In this document: positions 18,888-27,952 of the stretch, one piece after another
Layout: each line of letters begins with the position of its first letter
How positions within the stretch are numbered: the first letter of the stretch is position 1
Source of the DNA: Candidatus Acidiferrales bacterium
Lineage (GTDB): Bacteria; Patescibacteriota; Microgenomatia; Levybacterales; UBA12049
Direction: 5' to 3'
Length of the DNA stretch: 64,000 bases
Assembly (NCBI GenBank): GCA_035533875.1
Contig: DATLSZ010000029.1
Coordinates: 31,636-95,635 of the forward strand
Notes under the pieces: generated by a model
The model's database searches: none
Told to the model about the DNA's origin: nothing
Seen by the model: only the letters and a program-made list of their open reading frames with translations
Position numbers and translations under genes: made by a program

Positions 18888-19933
18888 TGAATTCCAGAAA
18901 TTGTTGATGCTTTTTTGTGGATCTTGGCGATAAAAAATCCTTCCATTGTTTCACTTGGGAAAACTCTAGCGCAGTTTTGTGTATGCTTGAAATTTTTCTT
19001 TTTCCATGCTGTTAAACTGTTTTGCAATTGCACATTTGGCATTGTTATTTTTTCAACTGTTAGCGCGTCTGGTGTTTTATCAACGACCCATTCAATTACT
19101 TCTTCGTTTTCTTCTGGCGAAAGAGTACATGTTGAGTAAACAATGATTCCTCCTACTCTTGTCGCGGATATAGCTGAGCGAAGTAAATACTTTTGCAATT
19201 TTGATAATTGTTTTACTTTTTTCGGCGACCAATCCTGATACGTTTTTGGATCACCACAACGGACCCGTCCTTCCATAGAGCAGGGGACATCAACAAGTGT
19301 TTTATCAAAATATTCAGGATAAAATTGCCAGATTCGTTCACCATGTATGTTGGTGATCAGAAAACTCGGAATACCCTGGGAATCGGATGACCTGAGAGTC
19401 AGAAATTCAGAGATGCTGGCAATCTGATTGCTCTGAGTTTTCTGGAAAGGAATACCATAGTCGTTTAATATTCGCTCCATTTTATATAACCGTGGACGAC
19501 TGATATCGTTTGCAACTATAGTAGCTTTATTTTTTGTGATTGCTGCGATCATTGTTGCTTTGCTTCCAGGGGCAGCGGTAATATCAAGAATTTTTTCATT
19601 TGTTTGAGGATCAAGTGTCAAGACAGGTATCATACTTGAGAGATTTTGGATATATAACAACCCATTTTTATATTCATCCGTTCCTGTTAGCTCAGGGATG
19701 GATTTGTTTTTGAGAATGAATGCATCGGGATACCAGGATACCCTTTCAACATCAAATCCTTGTTTGATTAATGATTTATTTAACGATTCTGTAGTAGTTT
19801 TTATTGTATTGGTCCGAAAAGATGGAAGCGTATTGTTCGAAAGCGCCTCAAGTAAATTATTAAATTCTTTCTCGGAATATATTTTTTTCCATCTATCCAG
19901 CATTTGTTCAGGTAAATTTTGACAGAGATTCAT
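18884..19933 (-). CDS. RsmB/RsmF (NOL1/NOP2/Sun) RNA m5C methyltransferase
   Basis: ILDITAAPGSK, DVPCS and YSTCTLSPEENE motifs; start 19933 preferred; contains an in-frame repeat insertion. Confidence 0.9.
   Translation of the reverse strand: MNLCQNLPEQMLDRWKKIYSEKEFNNLLEALSNNTLPSFRTNTIKTTTESLNKSLIKQGFDVERVSWYPDAFILKNKSIPELTGTDEYKNGLLYIQNLSSMIPVLTLDPQTNEKILDITAAPGSKATMIAAITKNKATIVANDISRPRLYKMERILNDYGIPFQKTQSNQIASISEFLTLRSSDSQGIPSFLITNIHGERIWQFYPEYFDKTLVDVPCSMEGRVRCGDPKTYQDWSPKKVKQLSKLQKYLLRSAISATRVGGIIVYSTCTLSPEENEEVIEWVVDKTPDALTVEKITMPNVQLQNSLTAWKKKNFKHTQNCARVFPSETMEGFFIAKIHKKASTISGIH
19357..19445. repeat. In-frame palindromic element, copy 1
   Basis: Ends cagaaaactcgga ... tctgagttttctg are inverted repeats. 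Confidence 0.7.
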
Positions 19934-19978
19934 AGTTCTTATTATACAATATTGATTGTACAGGAGTAAAATTACCTC

Positions 19979-20012
19979 TTGCATTAATTATTATATACTA
20001 GTATAATAGTAC
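19979..20012 (+). promoter_or_regulatory. trp promoter with TrpR operator
   Basis: TTGCAT (19979-84), 17 bp, TATAAT (20002-07); ATACTAGTATAATAGTAC (19995-20012) matches the symmetric TrpR operator GTACTAGTTAACTAGTAC at 14/18. Confidence 0.8.
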
Positions 20013-20014
20013 GT

Positions 20015-20299
20015 ATGAATAAGCCCAGTCTTACTCATTTAATTGAGTTATTGTTTTCAGTGCAGTCCAAGAAAGAAATGGAAGCGCTGCTTCGTGCTAT
20101 ACTGACTCCGCAGGAATTGGAGGAATTACCGAAACGGCTGATGATTTTTGAACAATTGAAAAAAGGTACTCCGCAGCATGAGATTGCCAAAAAAATTGGA
20201 GTGGGTGTCGCGACTGTTACCCGCGGATCTCTTGAAATACAGCGGGGACAAATTCAGAAAACTTCCTGGTGGCAAAACCTTTCTCAAATGAGAGGCTGA
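20015..20299 (+). CDS. trpR: Trp repressor with a C-terminal WW tail
   Basis: ILTPQE...R and HEIAKKIGVGVATVTRGS HTH (cf. E. coli GIATITRGS); heads the trp operon. Confidence 0.9.
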   Translation: MNKPSLTHLIELLFSVQSKKEMEALLRAILTPQELEELPKRLMIFEQLKKGTPQHEIAKKIGVGVATVTRGSLEIQRGQIQKTSWWQNLSQMRG

Positions 20300-20358
20300 T
20301 TGCCGCGTTTATTTAATCATAAATGTATCAATGAACCTCCCATCATGAGAGTTTTTTT
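20267..20358 (+). promoter_or_regulatory. Putative Trp-codon attenuator embedded in the trpR 3' end
   Basis: TGGTGG (20267-72); alternative pairings 1:2, 2:3 and 3:4; T7 tract at 20352-58. Confidence 0.6.
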
Positions 20359-20364
20359 ATTTTT

Positions 20365-21717
20365 ATGAAAGTATTACCGAAAATAACAATTGGACAAAAA
20401 CCATCATATGTTACCTTTGCAAAAGATGTTGATATCTATTCATTGTTTCAAAAGATAGAACAGACATTTGACAGGTGTTTTATTTTTGAGTCACTTGGTG
20501 AGGAAGGGAAGTTTTCCCGCTATTCAATTATTGGTTTTGAACCGCAACATATAATATCGGCAAGAGAAAACGTTTTAAAGATCGATAAGACCGAATATCC
20601 TGTCGATAATCCGTATACTGTCCTCCGTCAAATTATGCCGGAAACGGTTATTGCCAGGGAGTATGCCGGAGGTCTTGTCGGATATCTTAGCTATGATGCA
20701 GTTAATTATTTTGAACCGTCTATACAAGTTAAGGTCCATGATGCGTTTGACCAATTTATGTTTGGTGTTTATACGGACGGGCTTATTTATGATAAAGTAA
20801 CCAATGAACTCCAATATTTTTACTATGATACAAACAGGCTGCCGATGATTAAAGCAATAATGCAGCAAAAGAAACCCTCGAAAAACAAATTGAAAGTAAC
20901 ATATCTGAGAGATACATCGACAAAAAAAGAACATGCGGTAACTGTTGAAGGAGTTAAAGAGCAGATTAGAGCCGGTAATACATTTCAATGTGAAGTCGGA
21001 TTCAAAACAGAATATCAGATAGAAGGCGATGCATTGGAAATTTATGAACGGTTGCGGGAGACAAATCCTTCTCCGTTTATGTATTATTTAAAGTTTGATT
21101 CCAAGAAAATTATCGGTTCGAGTCCCGAATTATTATTCTCTTTGCGTGACGGAGAGATGACAGCAAAGCCACTCGCTGGAACGATAGGTAGAGGGAAAAA
21201 TAAGCTAGAAGATCAGAAGTATGCTCGAGAATTGATTCATGACCCCAAAGAGATTGCAGAACATAATATGCTTGTCGATTTGCATCGTAACGATATCGGA
21301 CGGGTGGCACAATTCGGCACGGTGAAGATACGAGAATTATTGGGAATTAAAAAGTTCAGTCACGTACAGCATATTTCAAGTGAAATTGTCGGTATAATAA
21401 AAAACGGTGAAGATATGTTCTCCGGACTTGCTGCAAATTTTCCTGCAGGTACTTTGAGCGGTGCACCGAAAATTGAATCGATGAAAATCATAGATGGAAA
21501 TGAAAAAGAAGCAAGAGGTCCATACGGCGGGGGAGTAGGCCATTTCGGATTTAACGGAGATTGTACATTTGCTATTGCAATTCGGTCTTTGTTTGTTTCC
21601 GGCAAATACGCATATGCACAAACAAGCGGTGGGATTGTTGCAGATTCGATTCCTGAAAAAGAATATGAAGAAATACAGAATAAGCTAGCAGCGATGAGGA
21701 AGGTTTTGAAAATATGA
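20365..21717 (+). CDS. trpE: Anthranilate synthase component I
   Basis: NPSPFMY, SSPELL, PLAGT, EHNMLVDLHRNDIG, FPAGTLSGAPK and RGPYGGG motifs. Confidence 0.95.
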   Translation: MKVLPKITIGQKPSYVTFAKDVDIYSLFQKIEQTFDRCFIFESLGEEGKFSRYSIIGFEPQHIISARENVLKIDKTEYPVDNPYTVLRQIMPETVIAREYAGGLVGYLSYDAVNYFEPSIQVKVHDAFDQFMFGVYTDGLIYDKVTNELQYFYYDTNRLPMIKAIMQQKKPSKNKLKVTYLRDTSTKKEHAVTVEGVKEQIRAGNTFQCEVGFKTEYQIEGDALEIYERLRETNPSPFMYYLKFDSKKIIGSSPELLFSLRDGEMTAKPLAGTIGRGKNKLEDQKYARELIHDPKEIAEHNMLVDLHRNDIGRVAQFGTVKIRELLGIKKFSHVQHISSEIVGIIKNGEDMFSGLAANFPAGTLSGAPKIESMKIIDGNEKEARGPYGGGVGHFGFNGDCTFAIAIRSLFVSGKYAYAQTSGGIVADSIPEKEYEEIQNKLAAMRKVLKI

Positions 21718-22310
21718 ATGTTTTAATTATCGATAATTACGATTCATTTACGTTTAATCTCTACCAGTATATTGGTGAAATTTTGATGAAAGAAAATAGT
21801 CAGTTTACGATAGACGTTGTGCGAAATGACGAACTAACTATAAACGAAATTAAGAAACGAAACTATGACCGGATTGTTATCTCACCCGGTCCGGGTGATC
21901 CGAGTGACAAGAAATATTTTGGTGTCTGCTCTGATGTTATTCCTAAGTTAGGAAAAGATGTTCCAATACTTGGGATTTGTCTTGGGATGCAAGGGATTGC
22001 GTCGTCATTCGGCGGGGATATAACCAAGGCAAAAAAACCGATGCATGGCAAGACAAGTATTATTGTTCATGATGGCAAGGGAATATTTACTTCATTACCA
22101 CAGGATTTGGAAGTGATGCGGTATCATTCGCTTATTGTTTCGAAAAATAACTTGCCTACTAGTCTGGAAATAACAGCAACCACAGGAGCTGAAATAATGG
22201 GATTGCGGCATAAAACGTGTCCAATCGAAGGCATCCAATTCCATCCCGAGTCTTTTGCGACAGAAGCAGGAAAGAAGATGCTTGAGAATTTTCTTTCTGG
22301 TGTAAAGTAA
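21714..22310 (+). CDS. trpG: Anthranilate synthase component II
   Basis: IDNYDSFTFNL, SPGPG, GICLGMQ, RYHSL and QFHPES motifs. Confidence 0.96.
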   Translation: MNVLIIDNYDSFTFNLYQYIGEILMKENSQFTIDVVRNDELTINEIKKRNYDRIVISPGPGDPSDKKYFGVCSDVIPKLGKDVPILGICLGMQGIASSFGGDITKAKKPMHGKTSIIVHDGKGIFTSLPQDLEVMRYHSLIVSKNNLPTSLEITATTGAEIMGLRHKTCPIEGIQFHPESFATEAGKKMLENFLSGVK

Positions 22311-22312
22311 CT

Positions 22313-23332
22313 ATGAACACGATTTATTATTTAAACAAACTGGTTGATAAACAAGATCTTACGGGAGATGAGATACGGTCATTATTTGCTGCTGTTTCAA
22401 AAGGTGAACTTGATCCAATACAGATTGCAGCGGTTCTTATTGCGTTACGGATGAAAGGAGAAACGGTTGAGGAAATTGGCAGTTTGATACAGGAGATGCG
22501 GTCACATATCGTTGACTTTCCTGCATATCCTGATGCAATAGATACGTGCGGGACAGGGGGAGACGGCACAGGGACATTTAATATCTCTACAACTGTTGCA
22601 TTTGTTGCCGCAGGTGCGGGGATTCAAATTATCAAACACGGCAATAAAGCAGCGAGCAGTAAGTGCGGCAGTGCTGATGTTTTGTCGGAACTCGGGGTCA
22701 ATATTATGCTTACTCCAGAGCAAGCGAATAATGTCTTTAAAAAGGTCGGGATGGTGTTTCTTTATGCATCGCTTTATCATCCAGCGATGAAATATATCGC
22801 ACCTGTCAGAAAATCTCTCGGGACGAGAACTGTCTTTAATTTCCTCGGACCATTTCTAAATCCTGCGCAGGTAAAGCGGCAACTGATCGGTGTCCCCAAT
22901 GCAGAATTGGCTGAGAAATTGGCAAAAGTTGCTGCAACATTGCAATATGAACATGCTGTTATAGTTTCAAGTAATAGCGGGATGGATGAGATGGATGTAT
23001 CCGGCGCAACAACAATATATGAAATACGAGGGAAGAGTGTTTTAAAGAAAAGCGTTAATCCGCAAACGCTAGGATTTAAAAAAACTAATTCTCAAGAAAT
23101 GCATGGAGGGAGTATGGCTGAAAACGCACAAATTATCCGAGACATTCTCTCAGGTAAAAAAGGGGCAAAGAGAGACGTTGTTGTCTTGAATAGTGCATAT
23201 GCATTGTATGTTGCAGGAAAAGTAAAAGATATTCGTGATGGTATGAGACTGGCAGAATTATCAATTGACAGTGGCGAAGCGAAAAATATTTTGGATAACC
23301 TAGTAAAGGAGACAAGGAAATATGAAAAGTAA
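22313..23332 (+). CDS. trpD: Anthranilate phosphoribosyltransferase
   Basis: DTCGTGGDG, FNIST, KHGN and GSADVL motifs. Confidence 0.97.
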   Translation: MNTIYYLNKLVDKQDLTGDEIRSLFAAVSKGELDPIQIAAVLIALRMKGETVEEIGSLIQEMRSHIVDFPAYPDAIDTCGTGGDGTGTFNISTTVAFVAAGAGIQIIKHGNKAASSKCGSADVLSELGVNIMLTPEQANNVFKKVGMVFLYASLYHPAMKYIAPVRKSLGTRTVFNFLGPFLNPAQVKRQLIGVPNAELAEKLAKVAATLQYEHAVIVSSNSGMDEMDVSGATTIYEIRGKSVLKKSVNPQTLGFKKTNSQEMHGGSMAENAQIIRDILSGKKGAKRDVVVLNSAYALYVAGKVKDIRDGMRLAELSIDSGEAKNILDNLVKETRKYEK

Positions 23333-24806
23333 ATCTCAAGAACCAAATAATAAATCACAAAAGTTTTTAGAAAAAATTATTGCGAAGAAAACTAAAGAGT
23401 TTGTTCGGACAACTCAGAAGACTCAGAAACCCAGCATGTCAGATTTTCAGATAGTCAGAATTTCAGATATTCCGAGTAATCAGAGTTTTCTGAAGATCTT
23501 TGATTTGGAAAACAAAAAGAAGATCGGGCTGATCGCCGAAGTGAAATTCGCGTCGCCGACGAATCCGCATCTTGGCTCTCCAGATGATTTATTACAACGA
23601 GTTGAACAATATGATCAAGCGGGTGCAGGTGCAATTTCTTTTATTACGGAAAAACATTATTTTAAAGGAGATACTCGTTTTATTCCGCAGATTAAAAAGG
23701 CGGTAGATCTACCAATTCTGCAGAAAGATTTTATCATCGATGAACAGCAGATTTATGAAGCAAAACAAATAGGGTCCGATGCGCTGCTTTTAATCGCGCG
23801 TCTCGTTGATAAAGAAACTCTTAAACAATTTGTCGATCTCTGTTTGGAATTGCATGTTGAGCCGGTGGTTGAAATTAATTCCGACGACGATTTGAAAAAA
23901 GCTGTTGCAACAAAGACAAATATTATCGCAGTTAATGCTCGGGACTTGGAAACATTTGAGATTGATGTAAAGAAAGCATGTCTTTTGATGAGAAAGATTC
24001 CGGACCGGTTTATTAAGCTTGGTTTCTCAGGCATTCAGTCTGTAAAAGAAGTTTTGCAATATAAAAATGCAGGAGCAAACGGGGTACTGGTAGGAACAAG
24101 TTTGATGCAGGCGAAAGATATTAAAATGTTTGTTAAGAGTTTGCAGGTTTTGCCAGAAGCTCCTTCCCGACGTACTCACCAAGACGGACAAGTACAAGTG
24201 AAAATTTGTGCGACAAGAAGTATTGAAGCGGCACAAATTGCAGTAGATAATGGTGCGGAATTTTTGGGATTGGTGTTCACACCACTGATTAAGACGCATA
24301 CTGTTGATCGGAAAGTAGCTGCGCAAATCGGAAAAGAAATGAAAGGGAAAATTCAGTTAGTCGGTGTATTTCAAAATATGCCGCTTGAAGAAGTCCAAGC
24401 GATAATAGCTGAATGTAATTTGGATTATGCGCAATTTCATGGAGATGAGACGCCGGAATATATTAATCAAATAAAGATAAAGATCATAAAAGCGTTCCGG
24501 TTCCCAGGTGTTGTTAATCTTAAGCAAGCAAGGAAGCAGATGAAACAGTATACTGTGGACTATTACTTAGTCGATCGTATTAAACAAAGTGAAGGGCCAA
24601 TACTTGATCTGAATATAGTCAGTATCCTTGCGAAAGAGTTTCCTTTAGTTTTCGCCGGTGGTTTGAACACCGAAAATGTAACTGATGTTATAAAAATAGT
24701 AAAACCAAAAATGGTCGATGTTGCATCTGGGGTGGAGACAAACGGACAGCAAGATATGAAAAAAATAAAACAGTTTATTAAAAATGCAAAAGGAGTAACT
24801 ATATGA
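23322..24806 (+). CDS. trpCF: Fused indole-3-glycerol-phosphate synthase / PRA isomerase
   Basis: TrpC motifs IAEVKFASP, LQKDFII and VNARDL; TrpF motifs VKICA, QFHGDE, AGGLN and DVASGVE. Confidence 0.93.
   Translation: MKSKSQEPNNKSQKFLEKIIAKKTKEFVRTTQKTQKPSMSDFQIVRISDIPSNQSFLKIFDLENKKKIGLIAEVKFASPTNPHLGSPDDLLQRVEQYDQAGAGAISFITEKHYFKGDTRFIPQIKKAVDLPILQKDFIIDEQQIYEAKQIGSDALLLIARLVDKETLKQFVDLCLELHVEPVVEINSDDDLKKAVATKTNIIAVNARDLETFEIDVKKACLLMRKIPDRFIKLGFSGIQSVKEVLQYKNAGANGVLVGTSLMQAKDIKMFVKSLQVLPEAPSRRTHQDGQVQVKICATRSIEAAQIAVDNGAEFLGLVFTPLIKTHTVDRKVAAQIGKEMKGKIQLVGVFQNMPLEEVQAIIAECNLDYAQFHGDETPEYINQIKIKIIKAFRFPGVVNLKQARKQMKQYTVDYYLVDRIKQSEGPILDLNIVSILAKEFPLVFAGGLNTENVTDVIKIVKPKMVDVASGVETNGQQDMKKIKQFIKNAKGVTI
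23404..23494. repeat. In-frame palindromic element, copy 2
   Basis: 25-bp imperfect terminal IRs (19/25) around (ktcagaww)n units. Confidence 0.7.
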
Positions 24807-24871
24807 AAAGTTCCTTCGGCTCACTGCGTTCGCTCAGGATGACTTTAGTTATTAGAAGGGAGAATCAATGA
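24803..24871 (+). other. 22-codon mini-ORF containing a REP-like sequence, ATGA-coupled to both trpCF and trpB
   Basis: MKSSFGSLRSLRMTLVIRRENQ; contains ccttcggctcactgcgttcgctcaggatgac. Confidence 0.5.
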
Positions 24872-26088
24872 GATCACATTTTGGGAAATTTGGAGGGAAA
24901 TATGTTCCGGAGATGCTGATTCCTGCTCTTGAAGAATTGGAGGCGGCTTATGAAAAGGCAAAAAAAGATAAAGAGTTCAGGAAAGAATTTCAGCATTTGT
25001 TAAAAAATTTTTCAGGGCGTCCGACGCCGCTGGTCTATGCTGAAAGTCTCACTAAGAAGCTTAATGGTGCAAAAATTTATTTGAAAAATGAGGGACTCAA
25101 TCACACAGGGGCACATAAAATAACCCATTGTATCGGGCAGGCATTGATTGCAAAGAGACTCGGGAAAACACGTCTTATTGCTGAAACTGGTGCCGGTATG
25201 CATGGTGTCGCGACAGCGACAATTGCTGCGAAATTTGGATTTTCCTGCACAGTCTATATGGGAGAAACAGATGTTGCCAGACAGCGGCCGAATGTCTTTT
25301 TGATGGAACAGTTGGGAGCAACGGTCGTGCCGGTTAGTTTTGGAAATAGAACACTCAAAGATGCGGTGAATGCTGCGATAAAAGATTGGATAGAACATAT
25401 CGAAGATACGCATTATTTGTTGGGTTCTGTTCTTGGTCCGCATCCGTATCCGACAATGAATCGTGATTTCCAGTCTATTGTCGGGAGAGAAATAAGAAAG
25501 CAATTGAAAGAGTTTGAAAATAAGATGCCCGATGTTGTTATAGCGTGCGTATCTGGAGGCAGCAACGCGATGGGAGCTTTTACCGATTTTATCAAGGAAG
25601 ATTCGGTTGAACTAATCGGTGTTGAAGCAGGAGGTACTGGAAAGAATATCGGAGAGCACGCAGCACGATTTGGCGGGAGTGGAACAGTCGGTGTTGCGCA
25701 GGGATACAAAACATATTTCTTGCAGGATGAAGACGGGCAATTACAAAAGACACATAGTATTTCGGCAGGACTTGATTATGCCGGAGTAGGACCGGAAATT
25801 TCGTATCTGCAGGGAAAAGGAAGGCTGCAGATGGTGTCAGCGACAGATAAAGAAACACTTAACGCTGTCCAGACACTGGCAAAGACAGAAGGGATTATCC
25901 CGGCGCTTGAGTCTGCACACGCAATTGCACATGCAATAAAACTTGCACCGACACTTCCGAAGGACAAAGTCATTGTTGTCAATGTTTCGGGAAGAGGAGA
26001 TAAGGATCTTTTTATTCTGACAAGAGCATTCAAGGATAAGAAATTTTATGAGTTTATGCAAGATGAGGTGGAGCATGGGTATGAATAA
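24868..26088 (+). CDS. trpB: Tryptophan synthase beta chain
   Basis: LNHTGAHK (PLP Lys), AETGAGMHG, GGSNAMG, SISAGLDY and SGRGDKD motifs. Confidence 0.98.
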   Translation: MRSHFGKFGGKYVPEMLIPALEELEAAYEKAKKDKEFRKEFQHLLKNFSGRPTPLVYAESLTKKLNGAKIYLKNEGLNHTGAHKITHCIGQALIAKRLGKTRLIAETGAGMHGVATATIAAKFGFSCTVYMGETDVARQRPNVFLMEQLGATVVPVSFGNRTLKDAVNAAIKDWIEHIEDTHYLLGSVLGPHPYPTMNRDFQSIVGREIRKQLKEFENKMPDVVIACVSGGSNAMGAFTDFIKEDSVELIGVEAGGTGKNIGEHAARFGGSGTVGVAQGYKTYFLQDEDGQLQKTHSISAGLDYAGVGPEISYLQGKGRLQMVSATDKETLNAVQTLAKTEGIIPALESAHAIAHAIKLAPTLPKDKVIVVNVSGRGDKDLFILTRAFKDKKFYEFMQDEVEHGYE

Positions 26089-26872
26089 GATTGATCAACA
26101 GTTACAGGTAATAAAAAAAGAAAAGCGTATCGCTCTTATGACGCATGTCGTTGTCGGGTATCCGAGTGTGCAGGATACGGTTTCAATAGTCAGCGCTATG
26201 GGAGAGTCGGGTGTTGATTTTGTAGAACTGCAGATCCCGTTTTCTGATCCTTTGGCGGACGGGCCGACTATTATGAAGGCATGTGAAGAGTCGCTGGCAA
26301 ACGGAACAAAGGTTGCGGATGCGTTTCGTGTTATGCAGGAGCTTTCATCACAAGTTATGATCCCATTATTATTTATGGCATATTACAATACGGTTTTTAC
26401 GTATGGTGTTGAGAAGTTTTGTCGGGACGCAAAAGCAGCTGGGGTAAGCGGTTTGATCGTCCCTGATATGTCAATTGATGAGGAACAACATGAGCATTTC
26501 TATGCGCTTGCAAAAAAGTATGGTCTTCATGTTATTCATGTCATCTCACCGGTATCAACGCCGGAGCGTCTCAAGAAGAACGCAGCAATGGCCAGAGGGT
26601 TTGTTTATTGTACCGCTCGTCAGGGGATAACCGGTGCAAAGAGAGATCTTGATCCCACTCTCAGGAATTATCTTAAGAAGGTGAAGACTTATTTCTCTAT
26701 TCCTGTTGCTGTTGGATTTGGTATTTCAAAAAAAGAGCACATAGAAGCTTTGCAAAATGAAGCAGATATAGCGGTGATCGGAAGTGCGTTGATTGATGTT
26801 CTGAGAAACACAGAGAAGAGCAGTCGAGGAGCGGCAGTCAAGCAATTCCTCAATGACTTACGCATTGAATAA
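26081..26872 (+). CDS. trpA: Tryptophan synthase alpha chain
   Basis: ELQIPFSDPLADGPTI, GITG and VGFGIS motifs; start 26081 overlaps the trpB stop. Confidence 0.97.
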   Translation: MNKIDQQLQVIKKEKRIALMTHVVVGYPSVQDTVSIVSAMGESGVDFVELQIPFSDPLADGPTIMKACEESLANGTKVADAFRVMQELSSQVMIPLLFMAYYNTVFTYGVEKFCRDAKAAGVSGLIVPDMSIDEEQHEHFYALAKKYGLHVIHVISPVSTPERLKKNAAMARGFVYCTARQGITGAKRDLDPTLRNYLKKVKTYFSIPVAVGFGISKKEHIEALQNEADIAVIGSALIDVLRNTEKSSRGAAVKQFLNDLRIE

Positions 26873-26900
26873 GTTTTGCGGATGACTTACAATACAACGT

Positions 26901-27887
26901 ATGAAGCAAAAACGAGTATTATCAGGAATTAGAGCGACCGGGAGACTGCATCTCGGGAATTATTTGGGTGCGATAAAAGGGATGCTTGCATTGCAGAACG
27001 ATCCTGATTTTGAAACGCTCTATATGGTCGCTGACTTACATACGATTACAACGCCATATGCTGTTGAGGAGCTCAAAAAGAACAGACGAGAAGTAATTAT
27101 TGATTATCTTGCGGCAGGACTTGATCCGCAGAAGAGTATTCTTTTTCAGCAAGCTGCCAATCCGCATCATGCAGAGCTCGCATTTTATCTCTCAAGTGTT
27201 GTGACGATTGCCAAGATGCAGCATTTGCCGACCTTTAAAGATAAGGTCAAACAACATCCTCAGCATGCAACGATGGCACTTCTGAATTATCCGATTCTCA
27301 TGACAGCAGATATTCTTGCGTATAAAGCATCGGATGTCCCGGTCGGTATTGATCAGGAACCGCATCTGGAAGTCGCAAGAGAAATAGCACGACGGATGAA
27401 TCAGGATTACGGGACTGATTTTCCCGAACCAAAGAGTTTTAAATCGACAGGTGACTATGTGCCGTCTCTCACCGGAGAAGGGAAGATGAGCAAATCTGTC
27501 GAGGGAAGTTATGTTAATTTGGTTGATGATTTGGAGACGATTAAAGCAAAATTGGCAAAAGCACCGACTGACTCAGGTAAAGGTACGCTTACTGCTATGG
27601 TGGCAGGAGTTTCTTCGCTGCTTACGTTTGTGCAATTATTTGAAGGGAAAGAAAAAAGAAATGCTTATGAAGATGCATATCAAAAAGAGGGAATCCGGTA
27701 TGGAGATTTAAAGAACGAATTGGCAGAAGCAATATTTAAAGAATTACAGCCGATTCACGAGAAGAGAAAAGAACTTGAAGCGAATCCGAAAGAAGTTGAT
27801 CGGATTATAGAGGAGGGCAATGAAAAAGCACGTACAATTGCTGCAGAGACAGTAAATGAAGTTAGAGAAAAAATGGGGCTCTTGTAA
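26901..27887 (+). CDS. trpS: Tryptophanyl-tRNA synthetase
   Basis: HLGNYLG, YPILMTADIL, VPVGIDQ and KMSKS motifs. Confidence 0.97.
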   Translation: MKQKRVLSGIRATGRLHLGNYLGAIKGMLALQNDPDFETLYMVADLHTITTPYAVEELKKNRREVIIDYLAAGLDPQKSILFQQAANPHHAELAFYLSSVVTIAKMQHLPTFKDKVKQHPQHATMALLNYPILMTADILAYKASDVPVGIDQEPHLEVAREIARRMNQDYGTDFPEPKSFKSTGDYVPSLTGEGKMSKSVEGSYVNLVDDLETIKAKLAKAPTDSGKGTLTAMVAGVSSLLTFVQLFEGKEKRNAYEDAYQKEGIRYGDLKNELAEAIFKELQPIHEKRKELEANPKEVDRIIEEGNEKARTIAAETVNEVREKMGLL

Positions 27888-27926
27888 AAGTATCAAGAGT
27901 ATCAGGGGTATCAAAAGTATCAAGGG
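27888..27926. repeat. Nonamer tandem repeat (rgtatcarr)
   Basis: aagtatcaagagtatcaggggtatcaaaagtatcaagg; a similar array at 41142-41181. Confidence 0.6.
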
Positions 27927-27952
27927 CTTACATTATTTTTAGAGAATAGAAT

